Assembly: GCA_963801355.1 (NCBI GenBank)
Contig: CAWDEM010000008.1
Location: forward strand, 384,001 to 448,000
Direction: 5' to 3'
DNA from: Ignavibacteriota bacterium
GTDB lineage: Bacteria > Bacteroidota > Ignavibacteria > UBA10030 > UBA6906
Length of the DNA stretch: 64,000 nt
Shown here in pieces: positions 48,406-60,500 of this stretch (positions within the stretch are counted from its first letter, which is position 1; every line of letters starts with the position of its first letter). The translations under genes were made by a program, and so were the position numbers. Below the pieces are notes generated by a model that was given only the letters and a program-made list of their open reading frames with translations, had not been told where the DNA came from and made no database searches.

Positions 48406-49527
48406 ATGTTCATCCTTGAGGAAAGCGCTCTACAGGGACTCATCACGGCGCTGCAGGCAAAAGGGTACACTGTGGTGGGCCCGACCCTTCGGGACGGGTC
48501 AATTACGTTCGACACGATTTCTTCAATAGACGAACTTCCTCGTGGTTGGTCCGATGACCAGGAACCGGCACGCTACTCCATCACGCGACGTGATGATGAC
48601 GCGCTGTTCGCCTACAATGTGGGTCCGCATTCGTGGAAGAAGTTCCTGTTCCCTTCCCGCCTGCGCCTCTTTGCTGCCACACGCTCGGGCAAAGCCTTTG
48701 AAGTAGACCCCCCCCTGGACGCCGACCCCCCGCGCTATGCCTTCCTCGGTGTCCGCTCATGTGAGCTGCATGCGATTGCACTGCAGGACCAGGTGTTCAT
48801 GACTGGAACGTATGCGGACAGGAACTATGCCACGCATCGTCAGGGGGCGTTCCTCGTTGCTGTGAACTGCGTCAAGACAGGGGGGACCTGTTTCTGTGCT
48901 TCCATGAACACCGGTCCGCACGCGACGGAGGGATACGATCTTGCGCTCACGGAAGTCATAGGCGGCGGGCTTCATTACTTCGTGGCGGAGGTCGGGAGCA
49001 AGCAAGGGGAGGCGATTCTCTCGGAACTTCCGCACCGCAACGCGGAGCAAGAAGAAGTCGACCGCGTGCAAGCTCTCTGGAAGGAAGCTGCCGGGCAAAT
49101 GGGCCGGACACTGGACACAGAGAATCTTCCTCGGTTGCTCACCGAAAATTATGAACACCCCCGTTGGGACGATGTTGCCAAACGTTGTCTGGCCTGTGCC
49201 AACTGCACGATGGTGTGCCCCACGTGTTTCTGCTCCACCGTGGAAGATCTTACGGACCTTACCGGTGAGCATGCTGAGCGCTGGCGGCGGTGGGATTCTT
49301 GTTTCACGACGGATTTCACCAGAGTTGCCGGCGGCAATATTCGCATGTCGACACGCACCCGCTATCGCCAATGGCTGACACACAAACTGGCGAATTGGGT
49401 GGAACAGTTCGGAAAAATGGGCTGTGTCGGGTGTGGACGGTGCATCACCTGGTGCCCGTCGGGGATTGACATCACTGCGGAAGCGACTGCGATCCGCGAA
49501 ACCAGTATGACACCAACCCTTGAATAG
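48406..49527 (+). CDS. hydB: Group 3b [NiFe] (sulf)hydrogenase beta subunit (4Fe-4S)
   Basis: [21 protein letters not shown] and [12 protein letters not shown] motifs. Confidence 0.92.
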   Translation: MFILEESALQGLITALQAKGYTVVGPTLRDGSITFDTISSIDELPRGWSDDQEPARYSITRRDDDALFAYNVGPHSWKKFLFPSRLRLFAATRSGKAFEVDPPLDADPPRYAFLGVRSCELHAIALQDQVFMTGTYADRNYATHRQGAFLVAVNCVKTGGTCFCASMNTGPHATEGYDLALTEVIGGGLHYFVAEVGSKQGEAILSELPHRNAEQEEVDRVQALWKEAAGQMGRTLDTENLPRLLTENYEHPRWDDVAKRCLACANCTMVCPTCFCSTVEDLTDLTGEHAERWRRWDSCFTTDFTRVAGGNIRMSTRTRYRQWLTHKLANWVEQFGKMGCVGCGRCITWCPSGIDITAEATAIRETSMTPTLE

Positions 49528-49539
49528 AGGAGTCATGCC

Positions 49540-50022
49540 ATGGAAAAAGAAGATCTGAGTCAATTGCTGCGGCAGCATCCGTTCCTCACGGGCCTCTCCG
49601 AGGAACACATGCAAACACTGGTGGGCTGTGCCTCGAACGAGCGGTTTGAAGAAGGTGCGATCGTCATGCATGAAGGGCAGGTGGCGAACAAGTTCTACCT
49701 CATCCGGACGGGCCGTGTGGCTCTCGAGATGCAGGTAACCGGCAAGGGAGACTTGCGCATCCAGACTGTCGGTCCGGGCGAGACCCTGGGTTGGTCATGG
49801 CTCATTGCCCCGTACCGCCAGCATTTTACCGGCGTGGTCGTTCTTGAGACACGTGCCATATCGTTGGACGGCGAGTGCTTGCGCGGCAAGTGCGAAAACG
49901 ATTCGCACTTCGGTTATGAGATGCTGAAGCGTCTTGCCCAGGTCATGGAACGCCGCCTCGAAGCCACGCGCCTCCAGCTGCTGGATGTATACGGTATGCA
50001 GCAATCGGGAGTGACGCAATGA
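49540..50022 (+). CDS. Stand-alone cyclic-nucleotide-binding domain protein
   Basis: HPFL..L, EG..A..FYLI..GRV and GPGETLGW motifs; no HTH. Confidence 0.88.
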   Translation: MEKEDLSQLLRQHPFLTGLSEEHMQTLVGCASNERFEEGAIVMHEGQVANKFYLIRTGRVALEMQVTGKGDLRIQTVGPGETLGWSWLIAPYRQHFTGVVVLETRAISLDGECLRGKCENDSHFGYEMLKRLAQVMERRLEATRLQLLDVYGMQQSGVTQ

Positions 50023-50879
50023 CACTCACAACTGACGCTCTCCAAGAGAACGTCCTGGATCCCATGGTAACCCAGCCGGTAACGGTGCGCCGCACCCTCT
50101 GGGAGAACGATGACACATTTACGCTCACACTTGACATGGGTCCCCTGGGAGACGGATTTCACTTTCTCCCCGGTCAGTTCAACATGGTGTACGTATACGG
50201 GATTGGCGAGGTCGCGGTGTCGATCAGTTCCGATCCTGCACGTACGAACACGCTTGATCACACCATCCACCGTGTCGGGCTGGTTACGACTGCTCTTGCC
50301 CAGAAGAAGCGCGGAGACATCATCGGCATTCGTGGACCGTACGGATCGAGTTGGCCGATCGACGCGTGCCGCGGGAAGGATGTGTGCATTGCGTCCGGCG
50401 GAATCGGCCTGGCGCCCCTCCGTCCGATTCTCTACACGCTCCTGAAGAACCGTGAGGACTACGGGCGCATCATCATACTCTACGGTGGCCGGAGCCCGCT
50501 TGATCTTCTCTATCGTGTGGAGCTCGAGAAATGGGAAAATGACTTCAACGTGGAGGTTTTGGTTACCGTTGACCGCGGGGATTCTTCCTGGAAAGGGCAC
50601 ATCGGCGTTGTCACCTCGCTTTTTCAGTACATTAAACTGGATGCCCGGGCGACGGTGGCCTATGTCTGCGGTCCGGAAATCATGATGAAATACACCATTG
50701 ATGAACTCGAACGCCGTGGTGTGCCGATGACGCAGACATTCCTCTCCATGGAGCGGAACATGAAGTGTGCCATCGGCTTCTGCGGCCATTGCCAGATGGG
50801 CCCCACATTCATCTGCAAGGAAGGTCCGGTGTATCCGCTCCCGCGCGTCCGCCCGTTACTCGACAGGAAGGAGCTCTGA
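50019..50879 (+). CDS. hydG: Group 3b hydrogenase gamma subunit (FAD/NAD(P), 2Fe-2S)
   Basis: PGQFNM, RGPYG, GGIGLAP, CGP and [18 protein letters not shown] motifs. Confidence 0.93.
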   Translation: MTLTTDALQENVLDPMVTQPVTVRRTLWENDDTFTLTLDMGPLGDGFHFLPGQFNMVYVYGIGEVAVSISSDPARTNTLDHTIHRVGLVTTALAQKKRGDIIGIRGPYGSSWPIDACRGKDVCIASGGIGLAPLRPILYTLLKNREDYGRIIILYGGRSPLDLLYRVELEKWENDFNVEVLVTVDRGDSSWKGHIGVVTSLFQYIKLDARATVAYVCGPEIMMKYTIDELERRGVPMTQTFLSMERNMKCAIGFCGHCQMGPTFICKEGPVYPLPRVRPLLDRKEL

Positions 50880-50880
50880 C

Positions 50881-51657
50881 ATGCCGGCCAAGAAGCCGAA
50901 GATCGCCGTGTTCAAGTTTGCTTCGTGCGACGGTTGTCAGCTCTCGCTCCTCGACGCCGAAGACGAATTGCTGGCTGTTGCGGCCGCGGTGGAGATAGCG
51001 AATTTCCCCGAGGCAAGCCGGAGAGTGCTCAAAGGTCCCTACGAGGTCGGCCTCGTCGAAGGCAGCATCACGACTCCGCACGACGTCGAGCGCATTCGGG
51101 GCATCCGCAAAATGTGCCGCGTGCTCATTACGATCGGTGCATGCGCCACCGCGGGCGGAATCCAGGCCCTCCGGAACTGGAAGGACGTGAAGGACTTCAC
51201 GCGCCTGGTCTACGCATCCCCCGAGCACATTTCCACACTGGACCGTTCGATGCCGGTGGGTTCGTATGTGCATGTGGACTTCGAGCTCCGAGGGTGTCCA
51301 ATCAACAAATACCAGTTGCTGGAGGTTCTGAATGCATTTCTCAATAAGCGCAAGCCGAACGTGCCGACGCACTCGGTATGCGTTGAGTGCAAACTGAGCG
51401 GGACGATCTGTGTCATGGTAGCTAAGGGCTTGCCCTGTTTGGGTCCGGTCACGCAGGTCGGCTGCGGTGCGCTCTGCCCCTCATTTGACCGGGGGTGCTA
51501 TGGCTGTTTTGGCCCGATGGACAATCCCAATCCCCCTGCGCTGAGCAAGCATTTGCGTGACATGGGTGAGTCGCGGCGCGACATCATGCTCCTGTTCCGC
51601 GGATTTAATGCATACGCGGAAGCATTCCGGAAGGAGAGCGAAGCCCATGAAGAATAG
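50881..51657 (+). CDS. hydD: Group 3b hydrogenase delta (small) subunit
   Basis: [23 protein letters not shown] and CLGPVT..GCGALCP...GCYGC motifs. Start at MPAKKP. Confidence 0.93.
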   Translation: MPAKKPKIAVFKFASCDGCQLSLLDAEDELLAVAAAVEIANFPEASRRVLKGPYEVGLVEGSITTPHDVERIRGIRKMCRVLITIGACATAGGIQALRNWKDVKDFTRLVYASPEHISTLDRSMPVGSYVHVDFELRGCPINKYQLLEVLNAFLNKRKPNVPTHSVCVECKLSGTICVMVAKGLPCLGPVTQVGCGALCPSFDRGCYGCFGPMDNPNPPALSKHLRDMGESRRDIMLLFRGFNAYAEAFRKESEAHEE

Positions 51658-52930
51658 AGTGATCAAGGTCGATACGCTCGCACGTGTCGAGGGGGAAGGA
51701 GCCGTCTATATTAAGATCAGCGACGGCAAAGTGGTCGACACAAAATTCCGGATCTACGAGCCGCCCAGGTTTTTTGAAGCATTTCTCCGCGGCCGCAACT
51801 ATGCTGAGGCTCCGGACATCACCGCGCGCATCTGCGGCATCTGTCCCATCGCCTATCAGATGAGTGCGGTCCATGCGATCGAAGACGCATTCGAGATCAC
51901 CGTAGGCGGACAACTGCGCGCACTGCGCCGGCTCATCTATTGCGGCGAGTGGATCGAGAGCCATGTACTGCATGTGTACATGCTCCACGCACCCGATTTT
52001 CTGGGGTATGAGGATGCCCTCCTGCTGGCAAAGGACAAGCCGGATCTGGTGAAGACCGCTTTGCGCATGAAGAAGATCGGCAACGAGCTGGTACGCGTCA
52101 TCGGCGGTAGGGAAATCCATCCCATCAATGTCAAGGTAGGTGGATTCTACCGCGTACCCCGGAAGAAGGATCTCAAGGCGCTCGTGGATGACCTGACGTG
52201 GGCGCGCGATCGTGCGGTGGAGACTGTCAGACTCACGGCAACATTCGAATTCCCTGATCTGGAACAGGACTACGATTTCGTCGCTCTGCGTCATCCAGAT
52301 GAGTACCCGTTCAACGGGGGGCGCTTCATCTCAACGCGCGGACTCGACATTGCGATCCGGGAGTATGAGTTCCATTTTGAAGAGCGCCATATCCCTCATT
52401 CAAATGCACTGCATTCCGTCGAGAAGGGGATTGGCGCGTACCAGGTGGGCCCAATGGCGCGTTTCAATCTCAACTTCGATCTGCTGACGCCGATGGCCCG
52501 GCAGGTTGCACAGGACGTCGGTGTGCTGCCGCCCGTCAAGAATCCGTTTAAGAGCATTGTCGTGCGGAGCATTGAAACGGTGTATGCCTATGAGGAGGCG
52601 TTGCGGTTGATCGCCGAGTACGAAGAGCCCGACGCCTGTTCGGTGAAAGTCGAGCCACAGGCGGGACTTGGGTTCGGTGCAAGCGAGGCACCCCGGGGCA
52701 CCCTCTACCACCGCTACCGTCTCGATGATGAGGGCATGATTATCGATGCGAAGATCGTGCCCCCCACGGCGCAAAACCAGCCGTCGATTGAATCGGACAT
52801 GCGGAAGTTTGTTACGGCAAACATTGACATGGACCGGGAGAAACTGACCTGGCGCGTCGAGCAAGCGATCCGAAACTATGATCCGTGCATTTCCTGCGCA
52901 ACGCATTTCGTCAAGATTTCGTGGGAATGA
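51647..52930 (+). CDS. hydA: Group 3b [NiFe] hydrogenase alpha (large) subunit
   Basis: RVEGEG, L1 RICGIC, EAPRG and L2 DPCISCATH followed by a cleavable tail. Confidence 0.96.
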   Translation: MKNRVIKVDTLARVEGEGAVYIKISDGKVVDTKFRIYEPPRFFEAFLRGRNYAEAPDITARICGICPIAYQMSAVHAIEDAFEITVGGQLRALRRLIYCGEWIESHVLHVYMLHAPDFLGYEDALLLAKDKPDLVKTALRMKKIGNELVRVIGGREIHPINVKVGGFYRVPRKKDLKALVDDLTWARDRAVETVRLTATFEFPDLEQDYDFVALRHPDEYPFNGGRFISTRGLDIAIREYEFHFEERHIPHSNALHSVEKGIGAYQVGPMARFNLNFDLLTPMARQVAQDVGVLPPVKNPFKSIVVRSIETVYAYEEALRLIAEYEEPDACSVKVEPQAGLGFGASEAPRGTLYHRYRLDDEGMIIDAKIVPPTAQNQPSIESDMRKFVTANIDMDREKLTWRVEQAIRNYDPCISCATHFVKISWE

Positions 52931-53412
52931 CAGGCGCCATACTTCTTGCCGGGGTGGGGAACGAATACCGCTCCGATGACGGGCTCGGCATCTTCGCTGC
53001 GCGGGAGATCCGTCGCCGGAACATACCCGGCGTTGAAGTCCTGGAGTTCAATGGCGAAGGCGCGGCCATGATGGAGGCCTGGGAGAAGCACAGCTGCGTG
53101 GTTATTGTCGATGCAATCAGCTCCGGCGCAGCGATTGGGGATGTGCACCGCCTTGACGCCGTGAACGAGGAAATCCCCGCGGATTTCTTCCACTACTCGA
53201 GCCATACATTCGGCCTCGTGGAGGCCATCGCAATGGCGCGGGTGTTGCACCGCCTGCCGGAGACCTTGCTTCTGTACGGCATTGAAGGGAAGCAATTTGA
53301 CGTGGGCATAGGCCTTACCGATGCGGTGTTGCGCAGCATGCCTGCACTCCTTTCAAACATTGAGAATGAGTTGAGACAGCTGTGCAATCGTCTCCCGGAA
53401 GCGACACCATGA
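52927..53412 (+). CDS. Hydrogenase maturation protease
   Basis: GVGN...DDGLG, IVDA and SSH motifs. Confidence 0.92.
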   Translation: MTGAILLAGVGNEYRSDDGLGIFAAREIRRRNIPGVEVLEFNGEGAAMMEAWEKHSCVVIVDAISSGAAIGDVHRLDAVNEEIPADFFHYSSHTFGLVEAIAMARVLHRLPETLLLYGIEGKQFDVGIGLTDAVLRSMPALLSNIENELRQLCNRLPEATP

Positions 53413-53957
53413 CACGCCCAGAAGCCCATGAGCTGCTCTGCGAGTTCACAAAGTCGGATGCCCTGCGCAAACATGCTCTGGCAGTCGAAGCCGCCGTCTG
53501 CGCGTATGCCGGAAAGCTGGGCGGCGACAGGGAAGAGTGGAGTGTCGCCGGTCTGTTGCACGACTTTGACTACGAGATGTATCCGCAGTTTCCCGACCAT
53601 CCGATGAAGGGGTCGGAGATACTCAAGGAGCGTGGTCTGTCTGAGGAGCTTCGCCGCACTATTCTGTCACATGTTCCTGCAACGAATATTCCCCGCGAGA
53701 CGCCTCTGGCGAAGGCCCTGTTCGCATGCGATGAGCTCGCCGGGTTCATCATGGCTGTGGCCGTGATCCGTCCGAACAAGATCGCCGATCTCGAGGTTTC
53801 TTCTGTGAAGAAGAAATTGAAGGACAAGGCTTTTGCCCGGGCGGTGAGCAGAGAGGACATTCAGAAGGGGGCCGAAGAGCTGGGAGTACCGCTGGACGAA
53901 CATCTCGGGTTTGTCATTGCCGCCCTTAAGGAGCGTGCAGCCGACCTCGGGTTCTAG
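53409..53957 (+). CDS. HDIG/HD-domain protein
   Basis: LRKHALAVE, GLLHDFDYE, H...G and DELAG motifs. Confidence 0.9.
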   Translation: MTRPEAHELLCEFTKSDALRKHALAVEAAVCAYAGKLGGDREEWSVAGLLHDFDYEMYPQFPDHPMKGSEILKERGLSEELRRTILSHVPATNIPRETPLAKALFACDELAGFIMAVAVIRPNKIADLEVSSVKKKLKDKAFARAVSREDIQKGAEELGVPLDEHLGFVIAALKERAADLGF

Positions 53958-54058
53958 TCAGCAGGGAGCCTGCCGGACACCACTGCGATTTGTTTCTCTT
54001 GCCTTCGTTTCGTACATTTTCTGATTCAAGTTGCATACTCATTCCGGAGTCAAGAGAC

Positions 54059-54811
54059 ATGAAACGACTGATCTGCGTCAGTGTACTTCTTGGTTTTGTG
54101 CTCACCGTTGGCTCTGCACAGGAAGAGCCGATTCCGCCCAAGCGGTCGCGTGCCGTCAAGGTCGGGCTGTTCGGCGGTTTCACGCCGGGTTGGCTTCTTG
54201 TTGATATCAAGCCGGTCAATGCGTTCCTCCTTGCAGCGAAAGGGGCACCGCTTAAAGACGATGGTGTCTTCATGACCGGAGGTGCGGGTGCTGCCTACAT
54301 CATGCTCCTTCCGAATGTTCGTGTCGGCGGAATGGGTTTGACGGGCGCAGTGAAGAGCACATCCATCGATGGTAATAGCATTCGGCGTGACGCGGAAATG
54401 CGAGTGGGTTTTGGTGGGCTCACGGTTGAATACGTGCTTCCGCTCATGGAACGGCTTGACCTTGCCGTTGGGGGCATGCTGGGCGGGGGAGGCGTGGATC
54501 TCACGCTGCGTCAGAGCAACGGGGGGAACAACACTTGGGTTGGGGAGCAGGATCTCTTCGGTCATTGGACGGCCGGTACGCCAGGCAACATGACCCGCAC
54601 GTTGTCGGGGATGTACTTGATCTGGTCGCCGACGGTCAACATTGAGTATGCGCTGTTGCCCTGGTTAGGCATGCGTATCGGCGCGAGCTATGTCGGGATG
54701 GCATTCCCGTCGTGGACTGTTGACAACAATTATGAATTGCTTGGCGTGCCGAGCGATGTTTCGGGCAGGGGGTTCATGATACAGGCGGGTGTATTTGTCG
54801 GCACATTCTAG
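54059..54811 (+). CDS. Probable outer-membrane beta-barrel protein
   Basis: Signal peptide MKRLICV, Gly-rich amphipathic strands and a C-terminal Phe. Confidence 0.7.
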   Translation: MKRLICVSVLLGFVLTVGSAQEEPIPPKRSRAVKVGLFGGFTPGWLLVDIKPVNAFLLAAKGAPLKDDGVFMTGGAGAAYIMLLPNVRVGGMGLTGAVKSTSIDGNSIRRDAEMRVGFGGLTVEYVLPLMERLDLAVGGMLGGGGVDLTLRQSNGGNNTWVGEQDLFGHWTAGTPGNMTRTLSGMYLIWSPTVNIEYALLPWLGMRIGASYVGMAFPSWTVDNNYELLGVPSDVSGRGFMIQAGVFVGTF

Positions 54812-54880
54812 CGCGGGGTAATCCTGCAGTAGGAATTTTGTCTGATCGATGCAACGATAGGTCCGGCCGCGAAGCCGGAC

Positions 54881-55973
54881 CTATGTGTTTTGTGTCAGGG
54901 TATTCAGGGCGGTGAGCAGCCGGTTATTTTGTTCTCCTGTCCCGATCGTAATGCGGACGCAGTGCGGCAACCCGAATCCTTTCAGTGGCCGGATGATGAT
55001 GCCCCTGTGGAGGAGTTCCTGGTAGAGATGCAGGGCTTCGTCTTCGCTGGAAAGTGGGAGGCAGAAGAAATTCGCCTCGGTAGGGATGATCGAGTATCCC
55101 AGCAGCTGGAGTCCTGCGCCGAGCTGCCGTTTGCCGGCTGCATTCGCTGCGAGCGAACGGTGGAGGAACTCGGTATCCTTGAGTGCGCCGATCCCCGCGG
55201 CCTGAGCGAGCGAGCTGGGTTCGAAGGGGAGTTTCACCTTGAGCAAATTCTTGATCAGCAGAGTCATGGGCAAAACCGTACCCGATGCGTATGCCGGCGA
55301 GTCCGTACACTTTCGAAAATGTGCGAAGGGTGATCACATTGTCATAGCGATAGTGCATGGAATCGGGGTACGACGGGTTGTCGCGGGCGTATTCGAAGTA
55401 GGCCTCGTCCAGAATGATCAGCACATTGGAGGGGACGCTTTTCATAAACTGATCGAACTCGGGCCGCATGAAGATAGTGCCGGTAGGGTTATTCGGGTTG
55501 GCGAGATAGATAATCTTGGTGTGTGGAGTTATCCGGGCCGCGAGGGCTTCAAGATCAAAGTGGTACTGCTTGAGCGGCACGGTAATCATGCGGATGCCGC
55601 GGGAGCGGGCAAGCACGTAGAACCCCACGAATGTCCCTTCAGAAGTCAGCACCTCGTCATCGTCGCAGAGAAATGTGCGGATGATATTGGACATAATGCC
55701 TTCTGATCCACTGCCGGCGATGACGTTCTCGATACGCAGGTTGTATTGTCGCGCGAGCTCTTCGCGAAGATCGAGGCCGCCGTTGGGATAGAGGTTCAGA
55801 TCAGCCGTCGCGCCGTCCATGGCCTTCAGGGCATTCGGCGACGGGCCGAGCGGGTTTTCATTTGAGGCGAGTTTCAGGACGTCGGCGATGCCGAGTTCGC
55901 GCTGGAGTTCGGCGATTGGTTTGCCGGGTTTGTAGGGTTCCAGGGATTCGATATACGGGGGGACGAGGGGCAC
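54881..55973 (-). pseudogene. hisC: Histidinol-phosphate aminotransferase with a single +1 frameshift near 55260 (possibly a sequencing error)
   Basis: YKPGKP, KLASNENPLGPSP, NPNNPTG, DEAY and RTFSKVYGLAG.RIGY are in one frame; LIKNLLKVKLPF...ANF...RITIG is in another. Confidence 0.85.
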
Positions 55974-56105
55974 GTGATGTCCATAGATGGGTAACAAATC
56001 AAGAACTCCGAAAAATGTACCAAGGGGAACAGGCAAAAGCAAGGATAGTCAGAGGGAGGGCATTCACACGGGGCGTAGCCACACGGAGGGAAATCACGAA
56101 AGGAC

Positions 56106-56134
56106 TTGACTTAAGATGATCTGTTGTGTACGAT
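56106..56134 (+). promoter_or_regulatory. Sigma70-type promoter of the ECF operon
   Basis: TTGACT-N17-TACGAT, 60 nt upstream of ATG 56195. Confidence 0.6.
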
Positions 56135-56194
56135 TGAATTACACCCGCTCGTAAACAGTAGTTCACGCCGCGCCCTTTGAACAGGGCTTCACTC

Positions 56195-56782
56195 ATGACC
56201 ACCAATGATTCGCACCGATGCGCGCAGCCGGCCCTTTGGGCTGCGGCATACAAGAAGTATTTCCGGCTCTGGGTCAACCTTGCACTCACCGTATACTTCA
56301 ATGTAGCAGAAGCGGAAGACGTGGTGCACGGGGTTCTGCAATCCGCAATGCTGCGGGAGGGGGAGCCGTTCGAATCCCTGGAGCACATCCGGAACTATGT
56401 TGCCAAGGCTGTTCTGAATCGTGCCGGCCAGAGCAGGCATCGAGCTGAGCGGATGAAGACGTGGGATGAGCAGGCGGAGGGACTATTCGGTGTTGGCCCT
56501 TCGTCGGAGGAATTGGAAGACAGGGAGCAGATGAGGATTCTCAGAAAAGTGCTTGTCGGCTTGAACAGCAGGGACTACGAAATCGTCAAATTGCGCTATT
56601 TCTTGGGATTGACATTCCAGGAAATCTCGGATCATCTGGGTTTGGCGTTATCGACGATAAAGAGCAGGGAGGAATCGGCGTTGCGGAGGATCCGGCGGCA
56701 GCTTCGCAAATACGGCGTTGAGGCTGTAATAATAGGGGGGAGAAAGGCGCACCATGACAAAGGAAGTAATCGACCGGGATAG
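56195..56782 (+). CDS. ECF-type RNA polymerase sigma factor
   Basis: Region 2 EAEDVV...NY...VLNR and region 4 L...DYEIVKLRYFLGLTFQEISDHLGLALSTIKSR..ALRRIR. Confidence 0.9.
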   Translation: MTTNDSHRCAQPALWAAAYKKYFRLWVNLALTVYFNVAEAEDVVHGVLQSAMLREGEPFESLEHIRNYVAKAVLNRAGQSRHRAERMKTWDEQAEGLFGVGPSSEELEDREQMRILRKVLVGLNSRDYEIVKLRYFLGLTFQEISDHLGLALSTIKSREESALRRIRRQLRKYGVEAVIIGGRKAHHDKGSNRPG

Positions 56783-57515
56783 GTTGATCGCGTTTGCCCG
56801 CGGGAAGTTATCGCCTGAAGAGTCCGAGCGTGTGCTGGCAGCGGTAGAGGCGGACGAGGTTCTCTCGCGGGAACTCGAAGAGGTGTTGCAGCTGATGCGG
56901 GCCACGGAGGCATTGGAAAATGAGAAGAGAGACGCTCACGGTCGACTGACCATTGGTGAGCCGGCGCTCAAGTACGTGTTGCGTATTGCGGCGGCGGTGG
57001 TGGTGTTGTTGGGAGCTTCTGTTCTGGTCAGTCAGCTCACGAAGGGGCCATATCACGATCTTGCCCGTGTTGACAATGTGGACCTCGGTGTACGCTGGCG
57101 CGGCGAAGCTGAAGAGCAGATCGAATGGGCGAGGCGTGAATTTGTGGGGGGGGACAAAGATGCTGCGATCCGGGAGTTGGAGCGGATAGTACAGATGCAG
57201 CCGGTCGGTGAGTCGATGTCGGTCGTGCACCTGATGGCGGGGCAGATGTTGCTGGCAACAGCGGAGCGGAGCACATTCGGTCTGTTCCCCCGGTACGACA
57301 GGGAACGGGTGGCGCGTGCCATGGATCATCTTGGGCTCGCAGCGCAGTCGACGAACAACCGGGTGGTTGAGGAGGCACATTGGTTGCGGATGAAGGGATT
57401 CTTGATGCTCGATGAACGCGAAGATGCGAAGATGGAGGGGGAAGAGGTGAAGAGAATGGGTGGGGAACATGATGTCCAGGCTGTAAAACTCCTTGACGAA
57501 ATCCACGATCATTGA
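56754..57515 (+). CDS. Putative single-TM anti-sigma factor with a periplasmic helical (TPR-like) domain
   Basis: Overlaps the ECF gene. It has an N-terminal LIAFARGKLSPEE..V anti-sigma-like helix, a TM segment RIAAAVVVLLGASVLV and a C-terminal EAHWL...L..A helical repeat. Confidence 0.75.
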   Translation: MTKEVIDRDRLIAFARGKLSPEESERVLAAVEADEVLSRELEEVLQLMRATEALENEKRDAHGRLTIGEPALKYVLRIAAAVVVLLGASVLVSQLTKGPYHDLARVDNVDLGVRWRGEAEEQIEWARREFVGGDKDAAIRELERIVQMQPVGESMSVVHLMAGQMLLATAERSTFGLFPRYDRERVARAMDHLGLAAQSTNNRVVEEAHWLRMKGFLMLDEREDAKMEGEEVKRMGGEHDVQAVKLLDEIHDH

Positions 57516-57522
57516 CCTTGAA

Positions 57523-60500
57523 ATGAATTCACTTGTCAAGTGGCTCACCATATGCCTCCAGGGCCTGGTCTGCATAAGTGACACATTTGGAACCACAGAT
57601 CCGAATTCAGTGCATGATCACATCGCCCTTCGACAAATGGTTGGTAAAGGCATGTTTGCGCAAGCCGCTTTGCGCTGCGAAGAACTTATAAAGAGATATC
57701 CTGAATACATTAGCCTTTATGAGACGTATGCTGAGATTTCTCAGTACAATGGGACACTGGCGGGAGGTGTGGGCTTCCTGGAGGGCCGATTTGACGGGAC
57801 TTCGCGGGGCGCGTTTCTTCACTATGGTTTAGGTTGCATGTACATGCGACTGGGTAGTTATGACTCGGCCCAGAAGGCATTTCAATACGCCTTGGACTTC
57901 GGAATTCGTGATCCAAGATTCGTGAGAGGGTTTGTCTACGCCTATGAGCGTGTAAACGGTGTCTCTCGTGCGGTCTCACATTATCAGGTGCTTTGCCAGA
58001 GGAAGCCAGATCGCGCTGATCTGTGGTATGGTCTGTGTCTCACCTATTGGGGAAGAAGTGACTATGTGAACGCGCTAGACGCAGCGCGAAGGGCGGCGAC
58101 ATTGGTCCCAGAAGAATTGCATTTCAGAATCGCAGTAGGCGTTCTCCTGTTTGCGGCTGGTCAAGATGAAAGGAAGGAGAACATTATTTCTGCCTTGATC
58201 GATTCTGCGAAGAGTCGCTATGAATTCGAGAGCCTTGGCTTGTTGAGGTCAACCCTCATTCGAGCATTCATACAAGAACAGCGTCTCGCTGAAGCGCATG
58301 CGCAAGTGGAGCTTCTGCTCAGCGAAATGTCTGCCATTGGAAACCTTCGGTGGCTAGGTTGGTCGCAAATACGTCTTGCTGAGCTCAATTTCATGGAAGC
58401 GGATTTCATTTCTTCACTCGGCAACGCAAGGAAAGCAATTGAATCTGCACGAAAGGAAGGGGACCATGATCTTGAAGGAGACGCAGGTTCTCGCGAGTTT
58501 GATTGCTTTATGGAGCTAGGCCGTTTTCGAGAAGCAATACAAAACGCACAGGTCCGTCTCCCCCATCGGATGCAAGAACAAGTCAACAAGCCGGCAAAGG
58601 CGTTTGCAGACAATGCCCGGGCGTTCATGGAGGTTGGTGAGTTTGAGATCGCGCTCGAATATGGAATAAGAGCGATCATGGCACTGGAAGGAGTTGCTTT
58701 TGATCCGACCGTTGCAGCCAGTGTCCACTCAACCCTTGGCCAGATCTACATGGGATTAGGACAATTCGCTGAGGCGCAGCGTCAATTTTCCCTCGAAGAG
58801 AAGATCATTCGTGCTCCGCTTTTTTCGCTACGGGATATCGCAGTTCTTCGGGGAAATCAAGGGAATTGCTACATGTCCCAAGGTCAACTGGCAAAAGCCG
58901 GAGCTGCATTTCGCGAGCAACTTGCTCTTGTTCGTAAGACCAAGTATTCGAGGGAGAGGGTATATGCCCTCGTAAACTTGGGCAACTACCACAAGGCACT
59001 TCGACATTTTTGGCGTGCGAGGGAGTACTTCCTATTGGCAATGAGTGAAGGTCAGCAAATGTCTCTCAGAAAGGTAGTTGCTCAAGCTGCGCACAACTTG
59101 GCGGCTCTGTCAGAGCATTTGGGTACTGAAGCGGAGACGATTGATTGGCTAAAAAAGGCGATTTTTGAATGGGAGAGAACAAATTGGCTGGCCAAGAGCG
59201 GACTTCTTGGCATTCGAGGTGCGGACGGAATAATCGGCGATTTCGAGCGGCTCATAACGCTACTTATGCGTGCCAATCGCAAGAGAGAAGCCTATTCAGT
59301 GACGGAGCTATACAATTCGAGCAACGGATCACTGCTGCTCAGTCGTGGACAGGCGAGACAAGTCGCAGCTTCGTACCCGATCCATCGGAGGTCAAGAGAT
59401 GAGATCTCGAACAGGGTCGAACGAGGCCGACTGAAGGCGTATGTTCAACCCGAGAATCAAATGCCCAGTTATGTCCGTTCGATTGACGAATTCGCTGGTT
59501 TGCTTATGGGGGGCGAAGAGTCATTCTCGGGGGAGGACTCGGGGGATGCAAACTATCGTGAAAGCGAATCGGCGTCAATTCCGATGAATGGACAGACTTC
59601 GGACGAAGACATCGTCGATGGTGACGTCGCAGTCTTGTCGTATTTTGTCGGTGAGAACCAAGCATTCTTGTTTGTGGCAACGAGAGATACGCTTGAAGCT
59701 TTTCCCCTGGCAACGACGCGAGGGCGCATTAGAACTCTGATCAAACGTGTGGGGAGTTTCATCGATTCATCTCCGGTAGAATCGGCAGTCCTCTTGAATA
59801 GACCCTATTTTAAGAAAGCGACAGCAGAGACTCTTTTGACTGTACTCTTGTCTCCGGCATTTGGGATTCTGCCATCTGTGAAGCGACTCATCATAATCCG
59901 TGGTCACGACCTTGAAGCTCTACCTTTTGAAATGTTGCCCTCAACACTACTTGGCAATTTTAGCTTACCCGAACCCAAACCAAGATTCTTGATCGAAGAG
60001 TACGAGATTTCATACAGATATTCAGCGAAGCTACAGCAGCCGAATACAAATCCAAAGGATGCCAGCCAGCCATTCCTCTTTGCGCTAGGGTGCAGCACGA
60101 TGCCAGTGCCCTCAAATGTCTCGAACACTGCTTCCGCTGTTAGGAAGAGTCCATCGAAGCCAACTGATGACGAGGTGCTACCTGAAATCATCTCAGAGCT
60201 CAAATGGTTGAAATCGGAATTCGGTGATTTAGCCGTAGCTGCGATTGATGGTGCGGCAAGCAAAGAGGTTTTTCTGAAGCACGCAGAACGCAGCGCTATC
60301 ATTCATATTGCCTCCCACTCAAGGGCGTGCAATCAACACAGAGAATCAGGCTCAATCATGTTATCACCGGCCCAGCGAAACGAAGCGTCGGATTCTTTGA
60401 GCGTTCTTGATGTTTTAAAGATGAAAACTTCAGCCAAGCTTGTAGTGCTCAGCAGTTGCCGCACAGCGACCCCTTTCGAGGCTTACTCAAGGATTGACTT

